Origin: an uncultured Chloroflexia bacterium
Lineage (GTDB): Bacteria > Chloroflexota > Limnocylindria > Limnocylindrales > CSP1-4
Direction of reading: 5' to 3'
DNA length: 64,000 nt
Assembly (NCBI GenBank): GCA_963752475.1
Contig: CAVVYR010000008.1
Location: forward strand, 32,001 to 96,000
Under the pieces are notes generated by a model. The model was not told the origin of the DNA. It was given only the letters and a program-made list of their open reading frames with translations, and did no database searches. Shown piece after piece: positions 50,323-59,525 of this stretch (the stretch's first letter is position 1; each line of letters begins with the position of its first letter). The position numbers and the translations under genes are program-made.

Positions 50323-51342
50323 ATGCGGACCAAGAGGACACTGGCTCTGGGAATGAGCTTCGTGATGGCATTGGGAGCGGCGACGTCCATCGCCGGCACC
50401 GTTGCCGCCCAGGACGAGCCGCTCGAGCAAGTCACCTTCCAGCTCAACTGGGTCCCGGGTGGCTTCCACGCCGGGTTCGCCCTGGCACGTGAGGCCGGCT
50501 ACTACGAAGACGAAGGCCTCTTCGTCCACCTCGTGCCCGGCAACGGCTCGGCCACCACGGCTCAGCTGACCGCCGCCGGCAACGTCAACCTCGGCAATGC
50601 CGATGCGGCGCCGGTGACGCAGCTGGTAGCCAAGGGCGCGCCGGTCAAGGTCATCGCCACGCTCTTCCAGGGCTCGCCCATCCAGATCACGGCCAAGGCC
50701 GATTCCGGCATCACCGAGATCAGCGACCTCGAAGGCCGGTCGCTGGCCTATCCATCGGGTGGATCGCAGGCCGCGCAGCTGCCGCTGGTCTTCGCCGCCA
50801 ACGGTGTCGATGCCGACGCGGTCGAGCTGGTGCCGACCCCGCGCGAGGCACTCGTGCCCGTGTTGCTCGAGGACCAGGTCGACGCCATCGTCGGCTCCAT
50901 GGACTTCTTCGGCATCCAGCTGGCCGACCGCGGCATCGAGACCGTCGACTTCCCGATGTACGAGAATGGCGCACCGACGGTGAGCACCTCCATCATCGGC
51001 AACGAGGACTGGATGGCTGAGAACCCCGAGACGACGCAGAAGTTCGTCAAGGCCAGCCTGCGTGGCTGGGCCGAGGCGCTGGAGAACCCCGACGCAGCCA
51101 TCGAAGCGCTGGCCGCGCTGTTCCGCAACGTGGATGCCGAGGAGGCCCAGAAGCAGCTCGAGGCCACGATCCCGCTGTACTGTGCCAATGGTGCCCAGTA
51201 CCTGGGCAAGGCCACCGAGGAAGCGTGGGTCAACCACGAGATGGTGATGCGCGAGTCCGGCAGCATCGAGGAGGCAGTCGAGCCGACCGACCTCTACACC
51301 TACGACTACCTGCCTCCCGACGAAGAGCTGTCGCCCTGCTAG
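50323..51342 (+). CDS. NitT/TauT (NMT1/THI5-like) ABC substrate-binding protein
   Basis: Signal peptide, L.W...G.HA.F.LA...GYY..EGL, G.GS; AAGGAGGAG RBS. Confidence 0.92.
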   Translation: MRTKRTLALGMSFVMALGAATSIAGTVAAQDEPLEQVTFQLNWVPGGFHAGFALAREAGYYEDEGLFVHLVPGNGSATTAQLTAAGNVNLGNADAAPVTQLVAKGAPVKVIATLFQGSPIQITAKADSGITEISDLEGRSLAYPSGGSQAAQLPLVFAANGVDADAVELVPTPREALVPVLLEDQVDAIVGSMDFFGIQLADRGIETVDFPMYENGAPTVSTSIIGNEDWMAENPETTQKFVKASLRGWAEALENPDAAIEALAALFRNVDAEEAQKQLEATIPLYCANGAQYLGKATEEAWVNHEMVMRESGSIEEAVEPTDLYTYDYLPPDEELSPC

Positions 51343-51380
51343 CAGTCCCGGCAACCGAGGAGTAGGAGACAGGGTCAGGG

Positions 51381-52217
51381 ATGATGGATCGAGCCGAAAC
51401 GGAAGCCCGTGGTGTACGCCTCGAGGTCGATGGCGTGTCGCGCGTCTTCAATGAGTTCAGTGACGACCCGTTCCTGGCCCTGTCCGAGACCGATCTGACA
51501 TTCGAGCCAGGTGAGTTCGTGAGCGTGGTCGGCCCGAGTGGCTGTGGCAAGTCCACGCTCATGCTCATCGCCGCCGGACTGCTGCCACCGTCTACCGGAG
51601 AGATCCGAATCGATGGCGAGGTCCAGACCAAGCCGATGACCGATGTCGGCATCGCCTTCCAGGACCACCTCTTGCTCGATTTCCGGACGGCCAAGGAGAA
51701 CGTCCTCTTGCAGGCCGACATCCGGGGTCTGGACCGGGCCGAGCTGACCAGGAGGACCGACGAGCTCTTCGAGCAGCTCGGGTTGCACCAGGGTGCGGGT
51801 GACAAGTACCCGCGCCAGCTCTCAGGCGGGATGCGCCAGCGCGTCGCGCTTGCGAGGACGGTCGTCCACCGCCCATCGATGCTCATGCTCGATGAGCCGT
51901 TCGGGGCCCTCGATGCCCTGACCCGCTTGCAGGTCCGCCACGATCTCGAGCAGTTGTGGCTGCAGTACCGCCCAACGGTGCTTTTCGTGACCCACTCCGT
52001 CGAGGAGGCGGTCGGCCTCTCCGACCGGATCGTGGTCTTCTCCACGTCACCCGGCAGCATCGTCGACGAGATCACAGTCGACCTACCCCGACCACGGCCA
52101 CTGTCTCTGGGCGACACGCCCGAGTACGCCAAATATGCCGACCGCGTCTTCGAGCACTTCGAGTCGATGGGCGTGCTTTCCGAAGGCAGCGGCGGAGAGC
52201 CCCCGACCGTTCTCTAG
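51381..52217 (+). CDS. NitT/TauT family ABC ATP-binding protein
   Basis: GPSGCGKST, LSGGMRQR, DEPFGALD, VTHS. Confidence 0.94.
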   Translation: MMDRAETEARGVRLEVDGVSRVFNEFSDDPFLALSETDLTFEPGEFVSVVGPSGCGKSTLMLIAAGLLPPSTGEIRIDGEVQTKPMTDVGIAFQDHLLLDFRTAKENVLLQADIRGLDRAELTRRTDELFEQLGLHQGAGDKYPRQLSGGMRQRVALARTVVHRPSMLMLDEPFGALDALTRLQVRHDLEQLWLQYRPTVLFVTHSVEEAVGLSDRIVVFSTSPGSIVDEITVDLPRPRPLSLGDTPEYAKYADRVFEHFESMGVLSEGSGGEPPTVL

Positions 52218-52272
52218 CCGCTACGTCGAGGGCTTCGAGCGGCAGCGAGCACGAGGCGCCTGAGCCGGTCCG
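52216..52272 (+). repeat. 57-bp direct repeat, right copy
   Basis: Identical to 42293-42349; carries the last codons and TGA of ipdC. Confidence 0.95.
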
Positions 52273-52381
52273 ACGAATCCGGTCCGAGCACCCGCCGAAT
52301 GGTCCGTTCGGCGCTTGTCAAGGGTCGTAGACAGGAGCATCGTCATGAGCGGCAGGGCGTGCCCTGCGAAGGAGGTGGACG

Positions 52382-52900
52382 ATGGAAGCGACGGTTTCCA
52401 GAGGCCCCATGAAGAGCCTGACGACCTGGCTGGACTCAGCAGGCGTCGACTACGAACTCCACGAGCACGACCGATCGCTCACGGCCCTGGCCACCGCACG
52501 AGCCGAAGGCGTCGACCCGAGCACCTTCGAGAAGGTCGTGTGGGTGCGCTCGGTCGATGGCGGCGATGCGCTCATCGTGCTCGATGCCAACGATCACCTT
52601 GACCTCGGGAAGGCCAAGGACGTGCTTCGATCAGGCAAGGTCCAACTCGTGCCGGAGGAAGAGCTGATCGAGCTCGCACCCGACTGCGATCCCGGTGCCA
52701 TGCCGGCGGTGGGCAGCTTGTTCGGGCTCCCGACCTACGCGGATCTGCACGTGAGTGACGCCGCGGAGGTCAGCTTCAACGCCGGTAGCCACACGGTCGC
52801 GGTTCGGGTGGATCGCGCAGCTTGGGAGAAGGCACTGGGCGTCGTGTACGCCGACCTGGCAGCGGCCACCTGGCACGAGCCCGCCTGGCACCGATCCTGA
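52382..52900 (+). CDS. YbaK/EbsC family aminoacyl-tRNA editing domain protein
   Basis: WL...GVDY...H, K.V, C.PGAMP..G, FNAGSH. Confidence 0.85.
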   Translation: MEATVSRGPMKSLTTWLDSAGVDYELHEHDRSLTALATARAEGVDPSTFEKVVWVRSVDGGDALIVLDANDHLDLGKAKDVLRSGKVQLVPEEELIELAPDCDPGAMPAVGSLFGLPTYADLHVSDAAEVSFNAGSHTVAVRVDRAAWEKALGVVYADLAAATWHEPAWHRS

Positions 52901-52975
52901 CGCTCGCCGCTCGGTGATGACGGGTCCCACAGGCCGTGGGACTCCTCCGTAGCGCCGCTCGAGAGGAGGCGTGAG

Positions 52976-53863
52976 ATGCGAGTCCTTGTCGCTATCGATG
53001 GTTCGGAGTGCGCCGGTGTGGCCATCGACCTCGTCGGTGGGCTCCACTGGCCCGCAGGTACGGAGGTGAGAGTGCTGGAGGTGGTGCCCGCCGGCGCTGC
53101 CGTCTTCGGGGGTCCGTGGCCGCCGATCCCGCCGCTCGACACCACCCTGATCGATCGTGACATCCGCGAGCAGGCCTCGCGCGACCTGCAAGACGCGGCC
53201 GAGAAGCTAGCCGGCCCGGGACGCTCGGTCGAGACGACCGTAGCCGCTGGACGAGCGGGCGACACCATCACCTCGCTCGCGGAGCAGTCCGAGGTGGACC
53301 TCATCGTCGTCGGCTCCCGTGGTCACGGGACCCTCGGGACGATGCTGCTCGGCTCCGTCTCGTCGGAGGTCATCGATCACGCGCACGTGCCCGTGCTCGT
53401 CGCTCGCGGGCGAGAGATCAGGCGGGTCGTCTTCGCCTGGGATGGCTCGGATCGCGCCGAGGCGGCGGTGGCACCGCTGAGCGCGTGGGGGCTGTTCGGC
53501 GATGCCCACGTGGACGTGCTCAGCATCGCCGACGCCGAACCCCCGTGGTGGGCTCGTGCCGACATGGTCTCCGAGGAGGTCGCGGCCGAGGCCTACCACG
53601 AGGCCGCGGCGCCATCGCGGCAGCAGCACGAAGAGATGGCAGAGCGGATGGCCGAGCGGCTCCGGACCGCCGGTCTCGATGCCGTGTCCGTGAGCCGTGA
53701 GGGCGATCCGGCCGAGGCGATCGTGGCCTTCGCCAAGTCCCACGAGGTCGACCTGGTCGTGCTTGGCACGCACGGACGGACGGGGCTGCGACGGCTGCTC
53801 CTGGGCAGCGTAGCCCGGAACGTGTCCCTGCACGCCCATTGCTCGGTGTTGGTGGCGCGCTAG
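52976..53863 (+). CDS. Universal stress protein (two USP domains)
   Basis: VAIDGS, IVVGSRG.G...MLLGSVS; VLGTHGRTG...LLGSVA. Confidence 0.93.
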   Translation: MRVLVAIDGSECAGVAIDLVGGLHWPAGTEVRVLEVVPAGAAVFGGPWPPIPPLDTTLIDRDIREQASRDLQDAAEKLAGPGRSVETTVAAGRAGDTITSLAEQSEVDLIVVGSRGHGTLGTMLLGSVSSEVIDHAHVPVLVARGREIRRVVFAWDGSDRAEAAVAPLSAWGLFGDAHVDVLSIADAEPPWWARADMVSEEVAAEAYHEAAAPSRQQHEEMAERMAERLRTAGLDAVSVSREGDPAEAIVAFAKSHEVDLVVLGTHGRTGLRRLLLGSVARNVSLHAHCSVLVAR

Positions 53864-53932
53864 CGGGCTTCGGGTCAATCGTCCGAGAAGTACGCTGGAG
53901 GGGCTCGAACAGGTCGCTCAGGGGGTGCTGTC

Positions 53933-55561
53933 ATGCAGTTGGCCGAGGCGCTTCTGGAAGCGCTCCACCGTGCTGGAGCGAGGGAGATCTTCGGCATCCC
54001 GGGGGACTTCGCGCTGCCCTACTTCGAGGTCATCGAGCGCAGTGGCGTGATGCCGCTGTACACGCTGAGCCACGAACCGGCGGTGGGGTTCGCGGCTGAT
54101 GCCGGCACCCGCTTCCGCGGTGGCCTGGGCGTGGCCGCGATCACCTACGGCGCGGGTGCCTTCAACCTCGTCAACGCCGTAGCCGGCTCGTACGCTGAGC
54201 GGTCCCCGGTGGTCGTGCTCTCGGGAGCACCGTCGCGCCCTGAACGCACCTCTGGCCTGCTCGTCCACCATCAGGCCCGAACGCTCGACTCCCAGCTCAA
54301 CGTCTATCGCGAGATCACCTGCGACCAGGCCGTGCTCGACGATCCGCGCACAGCACCGGAGGCCATCGCCCGCGTCATCCGTTCCTGCCATGAACGGTCG
54401 CAGCCGGTGTACATCGAGATCCCGCGCGACATCGTCGGTGCCGAGGTGGAACCGGTACCCGACCTGCCGGCGAGCCCGGTCGACCCCGATGCCGTGGAGG
54501 CAGCAGCCGTGGAGGTGCTGGCCCGTCTGGAGGCCGCTCGCTCGCCGGTGATGATGGTCGACGCGGAGATCCGCCGCTACGGCGTCGAAGCCAAGGTGGC
54601 CGATCTGGCGCACAAGCTGCATATCCCGGTGGTGACCACGTTCATGGGCCGTGGCCTCCTGGTCGACTCGGCCAACCCGCCGCTGGGCACCTACATCGGC
54701 GTCGCCGGCGAGCCGGAGATCACCGAGCTGGTCGAGACCTCCGATGCGCTGCTCCTTCTGGGGGTCATCCTCTCGGACCTCAACTTCGCGGTCTCACTAC
54801 GCAAGATCGACCTGCGCAAGACCATCCTCGCCGCGCAGCGGGAGGTGCGGCTGTCGCACCACATCTATCCCCATATCCCGCTCGAAGCGCTCGTCGACGC
54901 CATGGCCCTGCGGGCACGGCGGCTGGGTGACCGGCCAGACGTCGCAGCGCCCCCGCAGCCACCCTATGGCCTGGCCCTCGACGACGGATCGGTCACGCCA
55001 CATGACATCGCCACCGCGGTCAACGACATGATGCACCGGCACGGACCGCTGCCCATGGCATCCGACATGGGTGACTGCCTGTTCACGGCCATGGACGTCG
55101 ACCACCACGCCATCGCTGCGCCCGGCTACTACGCGGGCATGGGCTTCGGCATCCCCGCGGGCCTGGGCATCCAGGCCGCCACGGGCGAGCGTGCGCTGGT
55201 GCTGGTCGGCGACGGCGCCTTCGAGATGACCGGCCTCGAGCTGGGCAATTGCCGGCGCTATGGCTGGGATCCGATCGTCATCGTCTTCAACAACGCCTCG
55301 TGGGAGACCCTGCGTGCCTTCGTGCCCAAGGCCCGCTTCACCGATCGGGAGAAGTTGGCCTTCCACGAGATGGCCGAGCCACTCGGCGGCGTGGGCATCC
55401 GTGTCCGCACCAGGCGTGAGCTGGCGGCCGCACTCGAACAGGCGGTCGAGACCCGCGGCCGCTTCGTGCTCATCGACGTCGAGCTCGAACCGGGCGGCAT
55501 GTCGCGCACGCTCCGTCGCTACATCGAGGCCTTCGAGCGCAAGCGCGGCCAGGGAGGCTAG
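53933..55561 (+). CDS. ipdC: Indolepyruvate/phenylpyruvate decarboxylase, copy 2
   Basis: 542 aa, colinear with copy 1; GDGAFEMTG...NNASWETL. Confidence 0.9.
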   Translation: MQLAEALLEALHRAGAREIFGIPGDFALPYFEVIERSGVMPLYTLSHEPAVGFAADAGTRFRGGLGVAAITYGAGAFNLVNAVAGSYAERSPVVVLSGAPSRPERTSGLLVHHQARTLDSQLNVYREITCDQAVLDDPRTAPEAIARVIRSCHERSQPVYIEIPRDIVGAEVEPVPDLPASPVDPDAVEAAAVEVLARLEAARSPVMMVDAEIRRYGVEAKVADLAHKLHIPVVTTFMGRGLLVDSANPPLGTYIGVAGEPEITELVETSDALLLLGVILSDLNFAVSLRKIDLRKTILAAQREVRLSHHIYPHIPLEALVDAMALRARRLGDRPDVAAPPQPPYGLALDDGSVTPHDIATAVNDMMHRHGPLPMASDMGDCLFTAMDVDHHAIAAPGYYAGMGFGIPAGLGIQAATGERALVLVGDGAFEMTGLELGNCRRYGWDPIVIVFNNASWETLRAFVPKARFTDREKLAFHEMAEPLGGVGIRVRTRRELAAALEQAVETRGRFVLIDVELEPGGMSRTLRRYIEAFERKRGQGG

Positions 55562-56133
55562 GTTCGCGAGCGCCCGAACGAGCCGTCTGGCATGTGGCGC
55601 ACTCGAGCCCACGCCCGATCGTCGCGACGACGCCGCTGCGTCGAGCGCGGGCCGGCGGCTACGACGTAGGACACGAGGCTGCCCGCGGGCACCTCCGCCC
55701 CGGCCCGCGGCCGCGTTCGGATGACGAGACCCTCGCTGACCGCGTCGGATCGACGGGTCGCACGCCTGGCGGTTCCCAGACCAGCCTGGCGCAGCATGGA
55801 GAGCGCGTCATCCTCAGCGCGGCCGCGGACATCGGGGACGATCACGTGGGGCCTGGCGCCGACGGTCAGCATCAGGATCGCATCAGCGTCCGGCGCCTCA
55901 CCGGGCAGCGGCACCTGTTCGAGTACCCGACCCCTCAAGCCAAGTGTCGTGGCACGCTCGATGACGTAGACCTGCTGACCCTTGAGCCGTGCCACGCGGC
56001 GAGCCTCCGCCAGCGGCATGCCCACGAAGTCGGGCACTGGAGTCGATCGCGGCTCCGTCGTCTGGATGACCTCCGGCGCCACGATGGGCACCGGGCGACG
56101 GCTGGCGAGGACGGTAGAAAGGTGGCGCCACAT
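55558..56133 (-). CDS. PASTA domain protein (two domains)
   Basis: VPDFVGMPLAEA...G.VLEQ.P.PG and VPDVRG...DDA...L..AGL...G.VIRT.P.AG. Confidence 0.82.
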   Translation of the reverse strand: MWRHLSTVLASRRPVPIVAPEVIQTTEPRSTPVPDFVGMPLAEARRVARLKGQQVYVIERATTLGLRGRVLEQVPLPGEAPDADAILMLTVGARPHVIVPDVRGRAEDDALSMLRQAGLGTARRATRRSDAVSEGLVIRTRPRAGAEVPAGSLVSYVVAAGPRSTQRRRRDDRAWARVRHMPDGSFGRSRT

Positions 56134-56392
56134 GGGGACGTGACCTCGTCGGATCGTACCCGGCTCGCGGCTCACCTGGCTGCGGTCAACGGGATCGAAG
56201 TGACAGGATTGTTGCGCCCGCCGGAGCCTCGATGTCAATGGCCTCGTCCATGAAGAATCCGTAATCGACTCGACATCGATCAGAGCATCGACGAGGGCCC
56301 TCGAAACGACGTACATTGCGATTGGATCCGCGCTGCGCATTCCGGCCGATCGTTGGCCTTGAGCGGCAGCTGTGGTGAGAGGTCCCTACCCC

Positions 56393-56653
56393 ATGGCGAT
56401 GCGACCGCAGCATCCTGGTCCTCAGTTCGACCTGCCGATCCCCCCGGTACGGCCCGAGCACCTCGCTACCAGCGCCCGCAGGCCCGGCGTGATCGATGTG
56501 TCCGTCTGCGAGTGGACGGCCGACCTGTCCGTGGGGTGGGACCGCGACAGGACCCCTGCCCACACGACGGTCAGCGGCATCGGATTCGTCGACTTCGACG
56601 CCACCGACTCGATCCACGAGACGACCGAGTCGGTGGGGAGCGTCGGGTCATGA
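56393..56653 (+). CDS. Hypothetical protein
   Basis: Short ORF, stop overlaps next ATG (ATGA); start uncertain. Confidence 0.4.
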   Translation: MAMRPQHPGPQFDLPIPPVRPEHLATSARRPGVIDVSVCEWTADLSVGWDRDRTPAHTTVSGIGFVDFDATDSIHETTESVGSVGS

Positions 56654-56937
56654 CCGCCATGCTGTCCGGCATGCCCAACCCCTTGGGCGGTCCCGAGCGG
56701 CCACTTCCGGGCGGTCGCGATGAACGGCGGGAGCAGGAACGCGAGGCCCGACGCCTGGCTGTGCGTCTGGCTGCTGCACAGCGGCGCCTGGGCCAGCCGG
56801 GCCCGACGAGCCCTGCACTGACGGTCGCCGTCGTAGAGGACATCGCGGAGCTCGCCGAGGCCACGAGCGACTCAAGGAAGCGTGGCGCGCGACAGCGCGT
56901 GTGGGCGCTCTGGCGCCCACGGCGTGGCCGGTCCTGA
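56650..56937 (+). CDS. Hypothetical protein
   Basis: ATGA-coupled to previous ORF; helical Arg/Ala-rich. Confidence 0.4.
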   Translation: MTAMLSGMPNPLGGPERPLPGGRDERREQEREARRLAVRLAAAQRRLGQPGPTSPALTVAVVEDIAELAEATSDSRKRGARQRVWALWRPRRGRS

Positions 56938-56958
56938 TCAGCATCCGGCCACAGGGCC

Positions 56959-57195
56959 ATGACCGAGCTCCTGCCCGATGGTCGTCGTGCGGCTTCGTTG
57001 GCCGTGGGTCTCGCGGTCGCGGTCGCGCTCGGCTGGCCCCAGAGCCTGGCCGCAGCCTTCGCTGACGACCTCGACCTGCACGTCCGCACGGTCGGAGAAG
57101 GCGTGAATCGGGTCCCCGCTGACGGCGGCGTCCGGCGCGCGTTCGAGGCCCAGTGCGCCTTGCGGTACCACCTCGACGAGGCTCTGCATCACTAG
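56959..57195 (+). CDS. Hypothetical protein
   Basis: 78 aa, genome-like codon usage, same strand as neighbours. Confidence 0.4.
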   Translation: MTELLPDGRRAASLAVGLAVAVALGWPQSLAAAFADDLDLHVRTVGEGVNRVPADGGVRRAFEAQCALRYHLDEALHH

Positions 57196-57255
57196 AGGTT
57201 CGGCGGCGGACGTCGTTCGTTACGATGCAGGGGCGACCACGCACCGGAGAGCCGC

Positions 57256-58617
57256 ATGACCATCGAGACCGACCGTCGCTCGTGGGAGCACCTGCGCGAG
57301 CTGGCCGCATCCGGAGACCGTGAGGGCCTGGACGCCGCCATCGAGGCGATGCAGCCCGACGAGGCGGTGCGCGCCATCCTGCGGCTCGAGCCCGAGGACC
57401 AGCAGTCCCTGCTCACGACCCTGTCGCCGCCGGAGGCGGCCGACCTCATCGAGGACGCGCCTGACGAGCAGGCCGCCGACCTCATCGAACAGCTGGCGCC
57501 GCAGGCTGCGGCCGCCATCGTCACCGAGATGCAGTCCGACGAGCAGGCGGACCTCATCGCCGACCTTGACCGGGCCGAGGCGGACGCGATCCTCGGCGAG
57601 CTGGAGCCGGACATGGCCACCGAGGTCCGGGCCATGGCCGACTACGACGATGACGTCGCCGGCGGCCTGATGATCACCGAGTACGTGGCGGTGGGCGAGG
57701 ACGTCAAGGTCGGAGCCACGCTCGACCAACTGGTGCTCAACGCCGAAGACAGCGACGACCACTTCAGCCGCTACGTCTATGTGCTCTCGGGCTTCGGCCG
57801 GCTGGTGGGGGTAGCGGCCGCCAGCGAGCTTGCCGCTGCCCCGCGCAACAGGCGCATGGCCGACGTCATGGTGGCGCCGCTGTTCACCGCTGCCACCACC
57901 GATCTCGACGAGTTGCGCGACTTCTTCGAGGCCCACCCCATCGCGGCCGTTCCCGTCGTGGACCAGCGCGCGCGCCTCCTGGGCGTGACCCGGCGCACGG
58001 CTGTGCTCGACGCGATCGCTGAGCGCACCGAGCGTGACATGCTGCGCATGCGCGGCATCGTCGGCGGCGATGAGGTGCGCAGCCTGCCGACCCGCACCCG
58101 CTCACGGCGCCGGCTCAGCTGGCTCTCGATCAACATCGTGCTCAACATGATCGCCGCCAGCGTGATCGCCCTCTTCATCGACACGCTCGACCAGGTCATC
58201 GCGCTGGCGGTCTTCCTGCCCATCATCAGCGACATGTCCGGCGCCAGCGGCAACCAGGCCGTGGCGGTGAGCATGCGCGAGCTCTCCCTCGGCCTGGTCA
58301 AGCCCTATGAGGTCGGCCGCGTCTGGCTCAAGGAGATCAGCATCGGCCTCATCAACGGCGTCGCCCTCGGCGTGCTAATCGGCCTCGTGGCCATCGTGTG
58401 GGACGGCAACACGTGGCTCGGCCTCGTGGTCGGCGTGACGCTGGCGCTCAACACGCTCATCGCCGTCTCGGTGGGCGGCACGGTCCCGCTCATGCTCAAG
58501 CGCTTCGGGGTGGACCCGGCCATCGCCTCGGGCCCCATCCTCACCACCGTCACCGATATCTGCGGCTTCTTCCTCGCGCTCAGCTTCGCCAGCCTGTTGC
58601 TGGTCCAGCTGACCTAG
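57256..58617 (+). CDS. mgtE: Magnesium transporter MgtE
   Basis: MgtE N domain, AGGLM, CBS pair, RL.WL, DPAIASGP..TT.TD. Confidence 0.95.
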   Translation: MTIETDRRSWEHLRELAASGDREGLDAAIEAMQPDEAVRAILRLEPEDQQSLLTTLSPPEAADLIEDAPDEQAADLIEQLAPQAAAAIVTEMQSDEQADLIADLDRAEADAILGELEPDMATEVRAMADYDDDVAGGLMITEYVAVGEDVKVGATLDQLVLNAEDSDDHFSRYVYVLSGFGRLVGVAAASELAAAPRNRRMADVMVAPLFTAATTDLDELRDFFEAHPIAAVPVVDQRARLLGVTRRTAVLDAIAERTERDMLRMRGIVGGDEVRSLPTRTRSRRRLSWLSINIVLNMIAASVIALFIDTLDQVIALAVFLPIISDMSGASGNQAVAVSMRELSLGLVKPYEVGRVWLKEISIGLINGVALGVLIGLVAIVWDGNTWLGLVVGVTLALNTLIAVSVGGTVPLMLKRFGVDPAIASGPILTTVTDICGFFLALSFASLLLVQLT

Positions 58618-58730
58618 CAGCATCACTCCGCACCCGCCCGCGTGAGAGCCATCATGTGTCGAGGAAACGCGGTCGACCACTCACCGGGTGTCGGCACCCG
58701 ACGGCCCCCCACAGGCAAGGAATACCACTG

Positions 58731-59525
58731 ATGTCATCGCTTATCACCGAGATCGTACAGATCGCCGAGGGCCAGGAGCCGATTATGGCTACGGCCATCC
58801 ATGACGGACACGGCCTGCGTCCGGAGGTCGACGCCCTGATGGCACTGCCGGAGCCGGACCGACTCCGCGAAGAAGACCCGTTCAGCGGCATCTGGACGAG
58901 CGTGGTAACGACACAGATGGTGGCGCTACGATCGCGCTTCGAGGTGGACCTGAACCGGCCTCGCGAGAAGGCGGTCTACCGCACGCCAGCGGAGACCTGG
59001 GGCCTGGACGTCTGGCGCGAGGAGCTGCCCGCCGACGTCCTCGAGCGCTCGCTCGAGGAGTACGACGCCTTCTATGCTGAAGCGGAACGGATCTGCTCCG
59101 AGCTGGAGCGCCGCTACGGGCGCTTCGTCGTGCTGGACCTGCACACCTACAACCATCGAAGAGGTGGACCGGAGGCCGACCCGGAGGATCCCAAGGCCAA
59201 CCCGGAGGTCAACGTCGGAACCGGCTCCCTGGACCGCGAGCGATGGGGTGGCCTGGTCGATGGGTTCATCTCCGACTTGCGCGACCATCGGTTCCTTGGC
59301 CGCCAGCTCGACGTTCGCGAGAACGTGCGCTTCCAGGGTGGGTACCTGTCGCGTTGGGTGCACGAGCGCTACCCGGAGTCGGGCTGCTGCCTGGCCATCG
59401 AGTTCAAGAAGTTCTTCATGGACGAGTGGACCGGGAAGCTCTCTCCCGAGGAGTACGAGGCCATCCCACAGGCGCTGGAGGCAACGCTTCCAGGCCTGCT
59501 CGCGTCCCTCGGCGCCATCGAATGA
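58731..59525 (+). CDS. N-formylglutamate amidohydrolase family protein
   Basis: TAIHDGH, RLREEDP, SRFEVDLNR, DLHTYN, EN..F.GG, AIEFKK. Confidence 0.9.
   Translation: MSSLITEIVQIAEGQEPIMATAIHDGHGLRPEVDALMALPEPDRLREEDPFSGIWTSVVTTQMVALRSRFEVDLNRPREKAVYRTPAETWGLDVWREELPADVLERSLEEYDAFYAEAERICSELERRYGRFVVLDLHTYNHRRGGPEADPEDPKANPEVNVGTGSLDRERWGGLVDGFISDLRDHRFLGRQLDVRENVRFQGGYLSRWVHERYPESGCCLAIEFKKFFMDEWTGKLSPEEYEAIPQALEATLPGLLASLGAIE

Larger units (their letters stand above)
42293..52272. mobile_element. Catabolic genomic islet inserted at the ipdC 3' end, without an integrase
   Basis: Bounded by perfect 57-bp direct repeats; self-contained catabolic, regulatory and ABC genes. Confidence 0.65.
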
